64,000 nt of DNA from Candidatus Latescibacterota bacterium (GCA_965116885.1 OZ220741.1:5024001-5088000); one strand, 5' to 3'. Shown: positions 48,950 to 59,251, counted from the stretch's first letter. Numbers and translations are program-made. Notes: a model not told the origin generated them from the sequence alone.

Positions 48950-50626
48950 ATGAAAAAGAATTTAAATAAATTGTTATGGGTGCTTATGGCCTGTGTTGCT
49001 GCCGAGGCTGAAGCGATCGACCGCCATTTATCAACTGCGCCAATCAAGTGGTTTGATCCCGATAATCGCAGCATTGCTCAACCCAAAGTAATTAAAAGGA
49101 ATCTGATATGGGACATGGTCGATCACTCTTTTGTTTATCCAATGACTAAGAAACTGGATTTGGGACGGAGTGCGCGGCGGGTCGGGAATATTCTGAATAT
49201 TGCGCCAACTCGTCAGGCAGATAATATCAATGTGCTGGATGAAGTACCCAATTCATCGTGGTACACGAATCGGCATTTTCTCGTGCGGATGGATGCTGCG
49301 GCGTTGGCCAAAGGACCGGGACACGCGCATCCAGATACGAGCGGTTCATGGGAAATTATATCGGGAAATTTTGAGGGCCAGACGCCTGAGTTTACAATTC
49401 GGGACGCAAAAGAGGATGTTTATTTTTTGAAGTTTGACGCCAAAGATTATGAAGAACTGGCGACAACTGCCGAGGTTGTATCGACAAAAATTCTGTACGC
49501 CGCGGGCTATCATGTGCCGCAAAATTCCGTTGTTTTTTTTCGCGCCGAATGGCTTACCATCGGTCCTGAGGCGGAGGTGACTGATGATGAGGGAAGCCGC
49601 AGGCCCATGACAGATGCAGACTTGCAAAATGTACTGTCTTCTATTGAAAAGCAAGCTAACGGGCATATCCGGTGCCTGGCAAGCAAGAGACCAACGGGTA
49701 TTCCTCTCGGTGTTTTTGATTTTCACAGTCGGCGGAAAGACGATCCCAATGATCGCGTGAAACACCAGCATCGGAGGGAGTTACGGGGGTTGCGAGCGAT
49801 CTCTTCGTGGATCAATGATGTAGATAGACGTGCAGCCAACACCCTGAATATGTTTGTGACTGATGAACAAGGCCGTCAATATATCAAACACTATTTGATC
49901 GATATGGACGCGACTTTGGGTAGCGGTTCGGTGCGGCCTCACACGCCCAGGTCGGGAAATGAGTATTTTGTCGATTTTCGCTATATTGTCCCATCAGTTT
50001 TGGGGCTGGGGCTGTATCGAAAGGCGTGGGAAGATGCAAAGCCCATACATTTTCCATCAATTGGTTATTTGGAGAGCGATGTATTTTCGCCCGGACGGTG
50101 GGCTACCAATTATCCCAATCCAGCTTTTCAGCGGTGTACAAATCGCGATGGATACTGGGGGGCAAAAATCGCAATGGCGTTTAGCGATGCGGATTTGGCA
50201 ACTATTGTGAAGACAGGGCATTTGAGCGACAAGAAGGCTGAAGAGAGGCTCATTCAACTTTTGATTGCACGCCGCGATAAGGTGGGCGATTACTGGTTTC
50301 GGCGCATAAATCCGCTGGATCGCTTTTGGATTGACAGACGAGGATTGCATTTTGAGGATCTGGCGATTGTGGGAAATCTGGCTACTGAAGCAGAGACCCG
50401 GTACTTTTATCAATTTTTGAGTCGCGATGGAAAGGCGCAGGGGGCTGTGCGCCAACTCGAGACGTCAGGGCACATACCCATACCACGCGATTTGCCAGAT
50501 GGACAATATTACGGGATAGAGATTCGGACCGTGAGGTCCGGATGGGCAGATAAGTACGTTCGGGTTTACTTTTTTGTTTGGAATGTCGGGCTATATCAGA
50601 TTGTACGGGTTGATCGGCAGGAGTAG
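48950..50626 (+). CDS. Exported protein with atypical (HipA/PI3K-like) kinase motifs
   Basis: Signal peptide ending AEA; EGQTP.F...YFLKFD, AEVVSTKILYAAGYHVP, WINDVDRRAAN, YLIDMDATLG. Confidence 0.6.
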   Translation: MKKNLNKLLWVLMACVAAEAEAIDRHLSTAPIKWFDPDNRSIAQPKVIKRNLIWDMVDHSFVYPMTKKLDLGRSARRVGNILNIAPTRQADNINVLDEVPNSSWYTNRHFLVRMDAAALAKGPGHAHPDTSGSWEIISGNFEGQTPEFTIRDAKEDVYFLKFDAKDYEELATTAEVVSTKILYAAGYHVPQNSVVFFRAEWLTIGPEAEVTDDEGSRRPMTDADLQNVLSSIEKQANGHIRCLASKRPTGIPLGVFDFHSRRKDDPNDRVKHQHRRELRGLRAISSWINDVDRRAANTLNMFVTDEQGRQYIKHYLIDMDATLGSGSVRPHTPRSGNEYFVDFRYIVPSVLGLGLYRKAWEDAKPIHFPSIGYLESDVFSPGRWATNYPNPAFQRCTNRDGYWGAKIAMAFSDADLATIVKTGHLSDKKAEERLIQLLIARRDKVGDYWFRRINPLDRFWIDRRGLHFEDLAIVGNLATEAETRYFYQFLSRDGKAQGAVRQLETSGHIPIPRDLPDGQYYGIEIRTVRSGWADKYVRVYFFVWNVGLYQIVRVDRQE

Positions 50627-50654
50627 TTTCAATTCTTTCAAAGCCGGAAATCAG

Positions 50655-52886
50655 ATGACGAACAAAAAGTTATACGCAACAAAATGTGAGATAGTTCAAA
50701 GCCTATTTGTTTTTTTCTTGTGTTTCGGTTTTGTCCTGTTCAGCACGCTTCCTGCTTTTGCAAAACAGAGACCCAAGGTCGCACTGGTGCTCAGTGGGGG
50801 AGGCGCACGTGGAGGGGCACATATCGGCGTGTTGCGCGTGCTCGAGCGCGAAGGCATACCCATTGATCTGATCGTAGGCGTGAGTTATGGCGCGCTGGTG
50901 GGAGGACTGTACGCTGCCGGATATTCTGTTGATAATGTCGAACGCATTATTGTGGGAACAGATTGGTGGGAAATAACCAACAATAGCCCCAACCGCCGTC
51001 TGTCGAATTTGAATCGCAAACCAATAGCTGATCGCCAGATGCTTGCATTGCGCCTCGACAAACTGAACCTGAAATTGCCTTATGGGGTTTTTGCCGGACA
51101 AAAAATTCAGCATTTTCTCAATCAATTGACCCTTGGCGCAATTTATCGGGCGAGAAACGATTTTGATCGGCTGTCAACGCCTTTTCGCGCAATAGCAACA
51201 GATATTTTATCTGGCGAACAGGTCGTGATTAAAAATGGCTCGCTCGGCACAGCAATCAGAGCAAGTATTTCTGTTCCTGGGATATTTGCGCCGATAAGTA
51301 CAGAACAAACCCATCTCGTAGATGGGGGCATTGTCAATAACTTGCCTGTGGATGTCGCATTAGACGCTGGCGCTGATCTGGTTATTGCCGTGGATTGTGC
51401 CACGCCTTTACGCACCCAAAAGCACGAAGTTGAAGATATTATTGACGTTATCGATCAGGCTGTGAGTTTTCGAATTGAAGAAAAAAAAAGAGCAAATCGA
51501 AAACTCGCCCATGTGCTGATCATGCCCGATTTAAAAAAATTTGACGGAGGCGATTTTAATCTGTCGTACACCTTGATCCCGGTTGGGGAAAAAGAAGCCG
51601 AAAAACATCTGGATGCAATCTGGAAGGCTCTGCAAAAGCTCGGCATTTCAAAACGCGTTGAAAAGTCGAGACCGTCGATATTACCAGATGATTTTGATTT
51701 CAGAACCTGGGTAGATATACCATCGGATATTGTAATTGACCGGGTGCGGATTGAGGGTTTAGAGCGCTATTCACAAGAGGTATTTACATCGCGATTGGAA
51801 AAGTTCGTCAACAAGCCGATATCGTTTCGAAAACTGGAAAACGAGTCTGGCCGATTCTATGCGACCGGATTATTTCAAACGGTAGATTACGAGGTCATCT
51901 ACCATGAAGACTATACCGAACTGGTTTTTCAGGTGCTTGAAAACCCCCCCAGTGAGTTGAAAATAGGCCTTCATTACGACAATGATTTTGGGGTTGCGGC
52001 ACTGACCGAGTTTGCACATCAAAATGCTTATGGCCCCGTAGCAGAGTTTTATTTTCGCGGCCTGTTGGGCAATTTGAAGCTTGCTGAAATGGATTTAATT
52101 TTTCGCTCATCCAGGCGCCTGGGGTTCTTCGGGAAGATTCAAGGTTGGAATCAAGACCGGTTGTATTTTCAAAATGGGCAACACCAGGACACGTATAATG
52201 AGAAGCGTTTTCGCGCGCGATTGGGCATGCAGGTTTTGTTCCACAGTTGGGGAGGTTTCAAAGTAGGGCACCAAGTTGAGCATATCCGCATTCGCGATGC
52301 GGACAGTTCAATAGGCAATGTGTCTAAATATCTACCTGCTGTCTGGTTATCTGCAGGCATTGACACCCGAGACGATGCATTTTTGACAAGACAAGGCATC
52401 TATTTTCAAACGCAAGCAAAATGGGTTCATCGAACATTTTCACATAAGCAGGTGCAAACACAACTCGCGTACTTCGCCAGCCCCCATCCGCAATTGAGTG
52501 TGGGCCTCTGGTCTCACGGAGGCTATATGACACAGCCTGCACCGATTTATGAACACTTCGCATTAGGTGGTGCAGGACACTTTAGTAACGCAGCATTGCG
52601 CGTTGTCGGTCTTCAACGAGATGAACTGAGAGTTCCCAGGTTCGTATCGGCGGGCATTTCTATTTGGAGCCACAAAAAATTTTGGGGATCCATACCGCTC
52701 AGTGCTGTTGGAATTTTCTATCAGGGCGGTCTGTACAACAATCCGGATCAGCCCAATACCCGTACCCACGGTTTTGGTATTGGGGGTTATATCAGCACAA
52801 CGTTTTTAGGTCCCATTCGCATTGATATTGTGAGTACAGAAAAAAAAGATATCGAGATTTACACCGCAGTCGGATATGCGTTTTGA
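50655..52886 (+). CDS. Patatin-POTRA-Omp85 protein (PlpD-like, type Vd architecture)
   Basis: LSGGGARG, GVSYG (GxSxG), LVDGG; POTRA IDRVRIEG...YATGLFQTV; barrel ending GYAF. Start adjusted to MTNKK. Confidence 0.88.
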   Translation: MTNKKLYATKCEIVQSLFVFFLCFGFVLFSTLPAFAKQRPKVALVLSGGGARGGAHIGVLRVLEREGIPIDLIVGVSYGALVGGLYAAGYSVDNVERIIVGTDWWEITNNSPNRRLSNLNRKPIADRQMLALRLDKLNLKLPYGVFAGQKIQHFLNQLTLGAIYRARNDFDRLSTPFRAIATDILSGEQVVIKNGSLGTAIRASISVPGIFAPISTEQTHLVDGGIVNNLPVDVALDAGADLVIAVDCATPLRTQKHEVEDIIDVIDQAVSFRIEEKKRANRKLAHVLIMPDLKKFDGGDFNLSYTLIPVGEKEAEKHLDAIWKALQKLGISKRVEKSRPSILPDDFDFRTWVDIPSDIVIDRVRIEGLERYSQEVFTSRLEKFVNKPISFRKLENESGRFYATGLFQTVDYEVIYHEDYTELVFQVLENPPSELKIGLHYDNDFGVAALTEFAHQNAYGPVAEFYFRGLLGNLKLAEMDLIFRSSRRLGFFGKIQGWNQDRLYFQNGQHQDTYNEKRFRARLGMQVLFHSWGGFKVGHQVEHIRIRDADSSIGNVSKYLPAVWLSAGIDTRDDAFLTRQGIYFQTQAKWVHRTFSHKQVQTQLAYFASPHPQLSVGLWSHGGYMTQPAPIYEHFALGGAGHFSNAALRVVGLQRDELRVPRFVSAGISIWSHKKFWGSIPLSAVGIFYQGGLYNNPDQPNTRTHGFGIGGYISTTFLGPIRIDIVSTEKKDIEIYTAVGYAF

Positions 52887-52935
52887 TGCATATTCATCTG
52901 TCTTATACAAATCACCTTGAAACGAAAGGAAAAGC

Positions 52936-55653
52936 ATGATATTTTCCAGATGGAACGCTATTGTACTCTCGTTAGTGCTCGCTTTTTCTGCTCCGATAGA
53001 ATCCACACCTGATGAGGATTCACCGCCGCCAGGATACAGGATTCACCGATCTATTCCTCCGCAGGGTGCTAAGACCCACATGGTGGTTCCGGGAGAAAGG
53101 TTCCGGGCCAGCGGGTTTAAACGCTGGTTCTACGGCAGCAATAATCGGGACCTCTGGACCACTCCTGTCGAGGTTGCGGTCCTCGACCTCGGGAGCGTAG
53201 GAGGTGGCTTGACACCGCTTCGCACCGGCGGATTCGGGCAGTCCATCTCGCTTCACTTTACAGGGGAAGACGGCCGCCGCTATACAGTTCGTTCCCTGGA
53301 TAAAGATCCCACCAAAAGAATATGGGATGAACTCAAGGATACCATTGTAGATGACGTCCTTCAGGACTTGATCAGTGCGCTTTTACCAACAGGGGCACTC
53401 GTAGCTGATCCGCTAATGGAAGCCACAGGTATTCTCCATTCCAAACATACGCTCGTCGTTATTCCGGATGATCCGAGGCTGGGAGAGTACCGCGAAGAGT
53501 TTGCCGGCCTTATCGGAACGCTACAAGAACACCCGTCTGAAGGGCCGGACGATACGCCCGGCTTTGCGGGTTCTCGGAGGATCAGCGGAACGGAGAGGCT
53601 GTGGGAACACCTTGAAGAAAGTCCTTGCAACCGCATTGATGCCCGAGCCTATCTAAAGGCAAAACTGATGGATCTTTTCATCGGCGACAAGGACCGCCAT
53701 TACGGCCAGTGGAGATGGGCGCAATTCCCCGATGGCGATTGTTATACATGGCTTCCAATACCCGAAGACCGCGACCAGGCTTTTATCGGCTTCAAGGGAT
53801 TTGCCATGGCCGTGGCGCGCAAAAGGCTCCCCAGACAAATCACGTTCGGAGACGAGTATCCAAGCCTGGTGGGTCTATCGACTACTGGTTGGGAGATGGA
53901 CCGCGAGTTTCTATCCGAACTCAATAAGAGCGCGTGGGATTCGGTAGTAACGGCGTTTTGCAGGGACCTACCAGACTCAGTCATTGAGGATGCCGTGCGG
54001 AGACTTCCACCACCGTATTACAAAATGATTGGAGAATCTCTTACACAAGCCCTCAAATCGAGGCGAGACGCATTGCCTGAATTTGTCAACAGATACTATG
54101 AATTGATTACCCGCCAGGTCGAAATCCAGGCGACTGATAAGGACGAGTACGCCCAGTGTGAACACCTGCCGAATGGCGATCTATCAGTCCGCATCGGTCT
54201 AATAGAAGGTACCGGAGGAAAAGGGAAGACACCCTATTTCCAAAGAACTTTCCACCCCCAGGAAACCCGGGAAGTCCGAATATATCTCCGGGGCGGGGAT
54301 GACCGTGCGGAAATATCGGGGACAAAGGGACAGATTGTCGTTCGCATTGATGGTGGCGGTGGGGATGACACACTTACAAACGCATCCCAATCTGGTGCCT
54401 CAAAAACCCGGTTTTATGATTATCGTGGAAAAAATCAGTTCGCCAAAGGCAAGGGCGCGAAAATCGACGAGCGACCCTACAAGCGTCCGCCCGCGCGGCT
54501 TCTCCGCGCAAGGTATGCACTGGACTGGGGCGGGCAGGCTGCCACTGCTCCGATTATCAGGGTAAATCCGGATATGGATATATTCGTGGGGGCGACCTAC
54601 CATCGGCAGCATTTCGGCTATCGAAAAGACCCTTTCTCTTCGCAACATTTTTTCAAGATCGGGTTGGCGAAAGACAGTGATCTCAAGGGGATCAAGCCCT
54701 TTGCCTCCTATACCGGAAACTTCCGCGAATTCATGCGCGACTTCGACGCGAGAATCTACTTAAAGTACTCCGGATTCCAGACAATCCGGTTCAACGGATT
54801 TGGTAACAAAACGGAGATTCCGCGTCCATCTTCCTTCTATAAGGTGGAACAAAGACATTTCGTTTTCGCACCAGCCCTCGAATTTCGAGCAGGAGATCAT
54901 AAAGGAGATATGCCTCATATTGGTATGGGGTCGCTTCGCTCGAAATTAACCATTGACTTTGGGCCGATTATCAAGTATTCAAACACACCCCTCAGTTCCA
55001 ATAGGGAAAAATATATCGGTTCGCTCGATCAACCACTGTACGGTACGGATTCCTTCGGTCAGGTAGGCGCACTGGGTGAAGTCGTGTACGACACGCGCAA
55101 CAGTCTTGGGTATCCCACTCAGGGGGTCAGGGTCAGGGTTGCCGGAGACATCTATCCGGGCGTCTGGGATGCGAAATCGACCTTTGGCAGCATAGACGGG
55201 ACAGCCAGTACTTACCTGACTGCCCCTATACCGACTAACCCGACCCTTGCTTTAAGAGCGGGTGGCAAGAAGGTGTGGGGAACCTTTCCCTTCCACGAAA
55301 GTGCCTTTCTGGGTGGATCTGGTTTTGTCGGTAGTGGCATATCCAGTGGCAATTTGCGCGGTTTCCGGAAAAATCGGTTCGCTGGAGAGACTGCGCTGTA
55401 TGGAAATTCCGAACTGCGACTGGTTCTGACCAAAATCAAGCTTCTGATATCGGGAGAGCTCGGATTATTCGGTATAGCTGATGCCGGACGGGTGATTTAT
55501 GACGGAGATCCGGACAACGCGGATAAATGGCACAACAGTATCGGAGGTGGATTCTGGCTGTCTTTTCTCCAACGTCAGCAGACCTTGAGCGCGGCAGTCG
55601 TAAAAGGCGATGACCTGACGGGCGTATATCTGCGCGCTGGCTTTATGTTTTAG
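52936..55653 (+). CDS. Kinase-like N-terminal domain fused to an Omp85 barrel
   Basis: Signal peptide; GGFGQSISL...YTVRSLDK, IGDKDRH, PIPEDRDQAF; C-terminal YDTRN, LRGFRKNRFAG, SELR, DAGRV, GFMF. Confidence 0.75.
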   Translation: MIFSRWNAIVLSLVLAFSAPIESTPDEDSPPPGYRIHRSIPPQGAKTHMVVPGERFRASGFKRWFYGSNNRDLWTTPVEVAVLDLGSVGGGLTPLRTGGFGQSISLHFTGEDGRRYTVRSLDKDPTKRIWDELKDTIVDDVLQDLISALLPTGALVADPLMEATGILHSKHTLVVIPDDPRLGEYREEFAGLIGTLQEHPSEGPDDTPGFAGSRRISGTERLWEHLEESPCNRIDARAYLKAKLMDLFIGDKDRHYGQWRWAQFPDGDCYTWLPIPEDRDQAFIGFKGFAMAVARKRLPRQITFGDEYPSLVGLSTTGWEMDREFLSELNKSAWDSVVTAFCRDLPDSVIEDAVRRLPPPYYKMIGESLTQALKSRRDALPEFVNRYYELITRQVEIQATDKDEYAQCEHLPNGDLSVRIGLIEGTGGKGKTPYFQRTFHPQETREVRIYLRGGDDRAEISGTKGQIVVRIDGGGGDDTLTNASQSGASKTRFYDYRGKNQFAKGKGAKIDERPYKRPPARLLRARYALDWGGQAATAPIIRVNPDMDIFVGATYHRQHFGYRKDPFSSQHFFKIGLAKDSDLKGIKPFASYTGNFREFMRDFDARIYLKYSGFQTIRFNGFGNKTEIPRPSSFYKVEQRHFVFAPALEFRAGDHKGDMPHIGMGSLRSKLTIDFGPIIKYSNTPLSSNREKYIGSLDQPLYGTDSFGQVGALGEVVYDTRNSLGYPTQGVRVRVAGDIYPGVWDAKSTFGSIDGTASTYLTAPIPTNPTLALRAGGKKVWGTFPFHESAFLGGSGFVGSGISSGNLRGFRKNRFAGETALYGNSELRLVLTKIKLLISGELGLFGIADAGRVIYDGDPDNADKWHNSIGGGFWLSFLQRQQTLSAAVVKGDDLTGVYLRAGFMF

Positions 55654-55671
55654 CTCATAAGGGAGGATGCG

Positions 55672-56583
55672 ATGCTCAACAACATCATCATACGTCTCGC
55701 CGTTTACTATATCACCTGGCTTTTGATTCTCAACGCAATTTTTCACATATTCCCCGAAATTCTCTATTACGTCGCCCAGGAGCGCGAACGCATCTTTGTA
55801 GGATCATCTCTTGACTCCGGGGCCGATCCGGCCGTTCCGCTTGGAAACATCCAGGAAGGGGTAAACCGGCTCGCCGATCCGGAACACACGATACCAGTTG
55901 TAGTCGCTTTGGTACTCGCCTTCGCGGTTACCCTCCCAATTACCTGGGTATATGCCTGGACGCATTCGTCTAAGAAATACAGCCAATCCTTTATACAAAC
56001 TCTGCTGGTGATACCTGTCGCCATCTCACTGGTTGTTTTTTTGGTGAAGGGTAGTCTTGCCCTTGCGTTCAGTCTGGCGGGTATCGTGGCCGCCGTCACC
56101 TTTCGGCTCTCACTCAAATCGACCATAGAGGGCGTGTACATGTTTATGGTCATCGGGATAGGGCTGGCGGCCGGCACCCAGCTTACGACTGTGGCCTACC
56201 TCGCATCGTTGGCTTTCGTCACCATAACACTGGGCGTGTGGAAAATCAATTATGGCGCGCAGCCACCAGTACTATCCGGCTGGAGAATTGTTTCACATGA
56301 TCACTCGGCCCAGACCTCTGGGACAAAGGCCACCGGGAATTCCTATGATGCCCGGATTGAAGTACACACAACGAAGGTCGAAACAGCGCAAAAAGCAACA
56401 GCTCAAATCCTGAAATCCGGGACCAAACAGTGGCAAGTAGCAGATGTGATCGAGAAAGAAGATGGAACGGCTATCGTTGTGTATGATGTTTTGTTAAAAC
56501 AATCCGTCGATCTGCCTTCTCTCATGCGGGATATTGAACAAAGCAAAAAAAGTATCAAAAACGCAACGCTGACAAGAGTTTAG
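55672..56583 (+). CDS. DUF4956 family inner-membrane protein
   Basis: YSQSFIQTLL...VKGSLALAFSLAGIVAAVTFR...MFMVIGIGLAAG; C-terminal soluble domain. Confidence 0.8.
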   Translation: MLNNIIIRLAVYYITWLLILNAIFHIFPEILYYVAQERERIFVGSSLDSGADPAVPLGNIQEGVNRLADPEHTIPVVVALVLAFAVTLPITWVYAWTHSSKKYSQSFIQTLLVIPVAISLVVFLVKGSLALAFSLAGIVAAVTFRLSLKSTIEGVYMFMVIGIGLAAGTQLTTVAYLASLAFVTITLGVWKINYGAQPPVLSGWRIVSHDHSAQTSGTKATGNSYDARIEVHTTKVETAQKATAQILKSGTKQWQVADVIEKEDGTAIVVYDVLLKQSVDLPSLMRDIEQSKKSIKNATLTRV

Positions 56584-56587
56584 ACAA

Positions 56588-57706
56588 ATGAAGAATCACA
56601 CAGATAAATTCCTGCTGGGATTCCTTGGTTTTGGCATTTTGCTCTACCTGTTGTCGATGGGCTTTGGAAAAGATCCATCTTCAAATTTTAGTGGGAATTC
56701 GTCAAACGCAGATCCTGAGACTCCGATCGTCCGCCCTTTGGTGGACACAATGGAGACCGCTTCAGATACTTCTATCGTCCGTCCTTTGGCAGATACGATG
56801 GCTGTGTTAGACTATGAAGAGGATTCATCCTCAGATTTTAATAGAAATCCGTCAGACACTGATACAGATACTTCGACCGCCCCTCCTTTGGCGGACGCGA
56901 TAGCAGTAGTACAAAAGAAAATATATCTCGCAAACTATACACTAAACGAAGAAACCGCGACGCACTGGAAGCTGCCCGAGCATCTTGAGGAGATCTCTGG
57001 TTTGGCAATGACCAGAGACAACCGACTCCTGGCGCACAATGATGAAAGAGGGATCATTTTCGAGATCGATTATCAGAATGGATCAATCGCAAAAACATTC
57101 CAACTGACGGATATGAAAAACCCGGTAGCCAGTGATTTCGAGGGCATTGCAACAATTGACGACCAGATCTATCTGGTCACGAGTTCAGGGCGACTATACG
57201 AGTGTCGTGAGGGAACTGCTGGCGAGTCCGTTCTCTTCAATGTCTATACGACTGGTGTCGGCAGAGACTGCGAAATAGAGGGCCTGACGTATGACGAGAG
57301 CAAGCGGGCACTCTTACTGATGTGTAAGGACGCTCGCGGCGAAGGCATGGAGGGACAGTTGGCAGTATATCACTGGTCTATTGACCAGAAACAGCTAAGT
57401 AAAGATGCACATACCGTAATACCTGTCGTTGAATTCTCTCAGCACATCAAGGGAAAAAAATTCCAACCTTCGGGAATTGAGCGACACCCGGTATCGGGGA
57501 ATTACTTTATCATAGCCGCTCGTCAGGGGGCTATTGCAGAGATCACGCCGGGGGGCAAGGTCATTGCAGTCAGAGAGTTTCCCGCCCAGTGGCATCGTCA
57601 GGTTGAAGGTATTACCTTTGCTGCGGACGGCACGCTAATTGTTTCCGATGAAGGCGCAGGGAAGAGAGCGAGACTAACCCTTTACCCTATCTCGGATAGT
57701 CAATAA
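56588..57706 (+). CDS. SdiA-regulated (YjiK-like) / phytase-like beta-propeller protein
   Basis: LEEISGL, HNDE, DFEGI, EIEGL, FQPSGI, QVEGITF, VSDEG; N-terminal hydrophobic anchor. Confidence 0.8.
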   Translation: MKNHTDKFLLGFLGFGILLYLLSMGFGKDPSSNFSGNSSNADPETPIVRPLVDTMETASDTSIVRPLADTMAVLDYEEDSSSDFNRNPSDTDTDTSTAPPLADAIAVVQKKIYLANYTLNEETATHWKLPEHLEEISGLAMTRDNRLLAHNDERGIIFEIDYQNGSIAKTFQLTDMKNPVASDFEGIATIDDQIYLVTSSGRLYECREGTAGESVLFNVYTTGVGRDCEIEGLTYDESKRALLLMCKDARGEGMEGQLAVYHWSIDQKQLSKDAHTVIPVVEFSQHIKGKKFQPSGIERHPVSGNYFIIAARQGAIAEITPGGKVIAVREFPAQWHRQVEGITFAADGTLIVSDEGAGKRARLTLYPISDSQ

Positions 57707-57755
57707 CAACAGCATAAATCCAACCTGCATCCATAACTAAAAAACAGGACACATA

Positions 57756-59243
57756 ATGGCACATTCAAAACCCAACCTGCTCTACATACACTCTGACCAG
57801 CACGACCCTTATGTGACGGGCTGTTACGGCGACGAAGTCGTACAAACCCCCCATCTCGACAACCTCGCGGCAAATGGTGTTGTATTTGAAAACTGCTACT
57901 GCCCCTCGCCGATATGCGTACCCTCGCGCATGTCCATGTTATCGGGGCGCTATCCCTTTGAAAACGAAGTGTGGACAAACTCCCACATACTCAACTCGAG
58001 CATTCCCACATTTGCCCATGCCATGGGCGCAGGCGGTTATGATCCCGTGCTCGTCGGACGCATGCATTCCAATGGACCCGATCAGCTACACGGATATGCC
58101 CAGCGCCTCGTAGGCGATCACGGCCCCAATTATCCCGGTGGTGGCGGCGTCAACCACGGAATGCTCTCGGGCACAGCAGGTCCCGCCCGCGTCAGCCTGA
58201 CGAAATCGGGTATCGGGCAAAGTGCGTATCAGGTACACGATGAAGACGTAACCGCCGCAACCGTCGCATATCTCGACCGCCTGGGCGTAAAAAAACGCGC
58301 GGGACAACCCGCAGAGCCTTTCTCTCTCACCGTTGGATTTATGCTCCCCCACCAGCCATTTGTCGCGCGCCGCGCCGACTACGACCGCTACGACGGCCGC
58401 GTACCGCCCCCAACTGTCTCTGTCCCCTTCTCCGACGACCTGCATCCCCACATCAAACAATGGCGCGAACGCTGCGGCATTACAACTGTCACAGAAGCCG
58501 AAATCCACCGCGCGCGCACGGCATATTGGGCACTCGTTGACCGCATGGATCACATGATCGGGCAGATGCTCACAGCCCTCCGCCAAAACGATTTGATCGA
58601 CAACACCCTCGTCATTTACATGTCAGACCACGGCGAACAAGCTGGCGAACACGGCCTGTGGTGGAAACAAACCTTCTACGAGCATTCCGCCAAAGTACCC
58701 GCCATCCTCTCCTGGCCCGGTCACCTGCCCGAAGGCAAGCGCTTTGACAACGTCATCTCTTCTGTCGATCTCAACGCCACCATGATTGACGCCCTGCAAT
58801 GCCCCGAACTCCCCCACTCTCGCGGGCGTTCACTTCTGCCGCTTATGCGCGGTGAAAACACATCCTGGGACAACCTCGCCTTCTCCGAATTTTGTCAGGA
58901 TAGAGCAGGCGGTGGCGGTCCCTTCTCTGCCGAAGGTGTGTACCAGCGCATGATTCGGCAGGACGAATGGAAATTCAATTACTATCACAATCAGCCCTGT
59001 CAACTCTTCAACCTGAAAGAAGACCCCAACGAATTGCACGACCGCGCAAATGACCTCGCTTGTCAAAGCCTGATCAGAGACTTCACCGCCCGCATCCTCG
59101 ACGGCTGGGATCCCGACGCCATTGCATCTCAACTCGCCGCCCGAAACAGAGACTCCCGCATCCTCTCGGCATGGGCACGCCACACCAAACCCGCAGATAC
59201 GATCCGCTGGGACTTGCGCCCCGAAATGGATTATCTGGAATAG
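57756..59243 (+). CDS. Sulfatase (choline-sulfatase-like, Cys-type)
   Basis: PNLLYIHSDQH, CVPSR, GRMH, SDHG, LFNLKEDP.E. Confidence 0.93.
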   Translation: MAHSKPNLLYIHSDQHDPYVTGCYGDEVVQTPHLDNLAANGVVFENCYCPSPICVPSRMSMLSGRYPFENEVWTNSHILNSSIPTFAHAMGAGGYDPVLVGRMHSNGPDQLHGYAQRLVGDHGPNYPGGGGVNHGMLSGTAGPARVSLTKSGIGQSAYQVHDEDVTAATVAYLDRLGVKKRAGQPAEPFSLTVGFMLPHQPFVARRADYDRYDGRVPPPTVSVPFSDDLHPHIKQWRERCGITTVTEAEIHRARTAYWALVDRMDHMIGQMLTALRQNDLIDNTLVIYMSDHGEQAGEHGLWWKQTFYEHSAKVPAILSWPGHLPEGKRFDNVISSVDLNATMIDALQCPELPHSRGRSLLPLMRGENTSWDNLAFSEFCQDRAGGGGPFSAEGVYQRMIRQDEWKFNYYHNQPCQLFNLKEDPNELHDRANDLACQSLIRDFTARILDGWDPDAIASQLAARNRDSRILSAWARHTKPADTIRWDLRPEMDYLE

Positions 59244-59251
59244 CGGTGCCT

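Noticed and set aside
59060..59251. N-terminal extensions in the ORF track (also 32634, 50574, 62275, 27344, 31045)
   Set aside because: They overlap neighbouring genes or repeats; internal ATGs with RBS or family-typical starts fit better.
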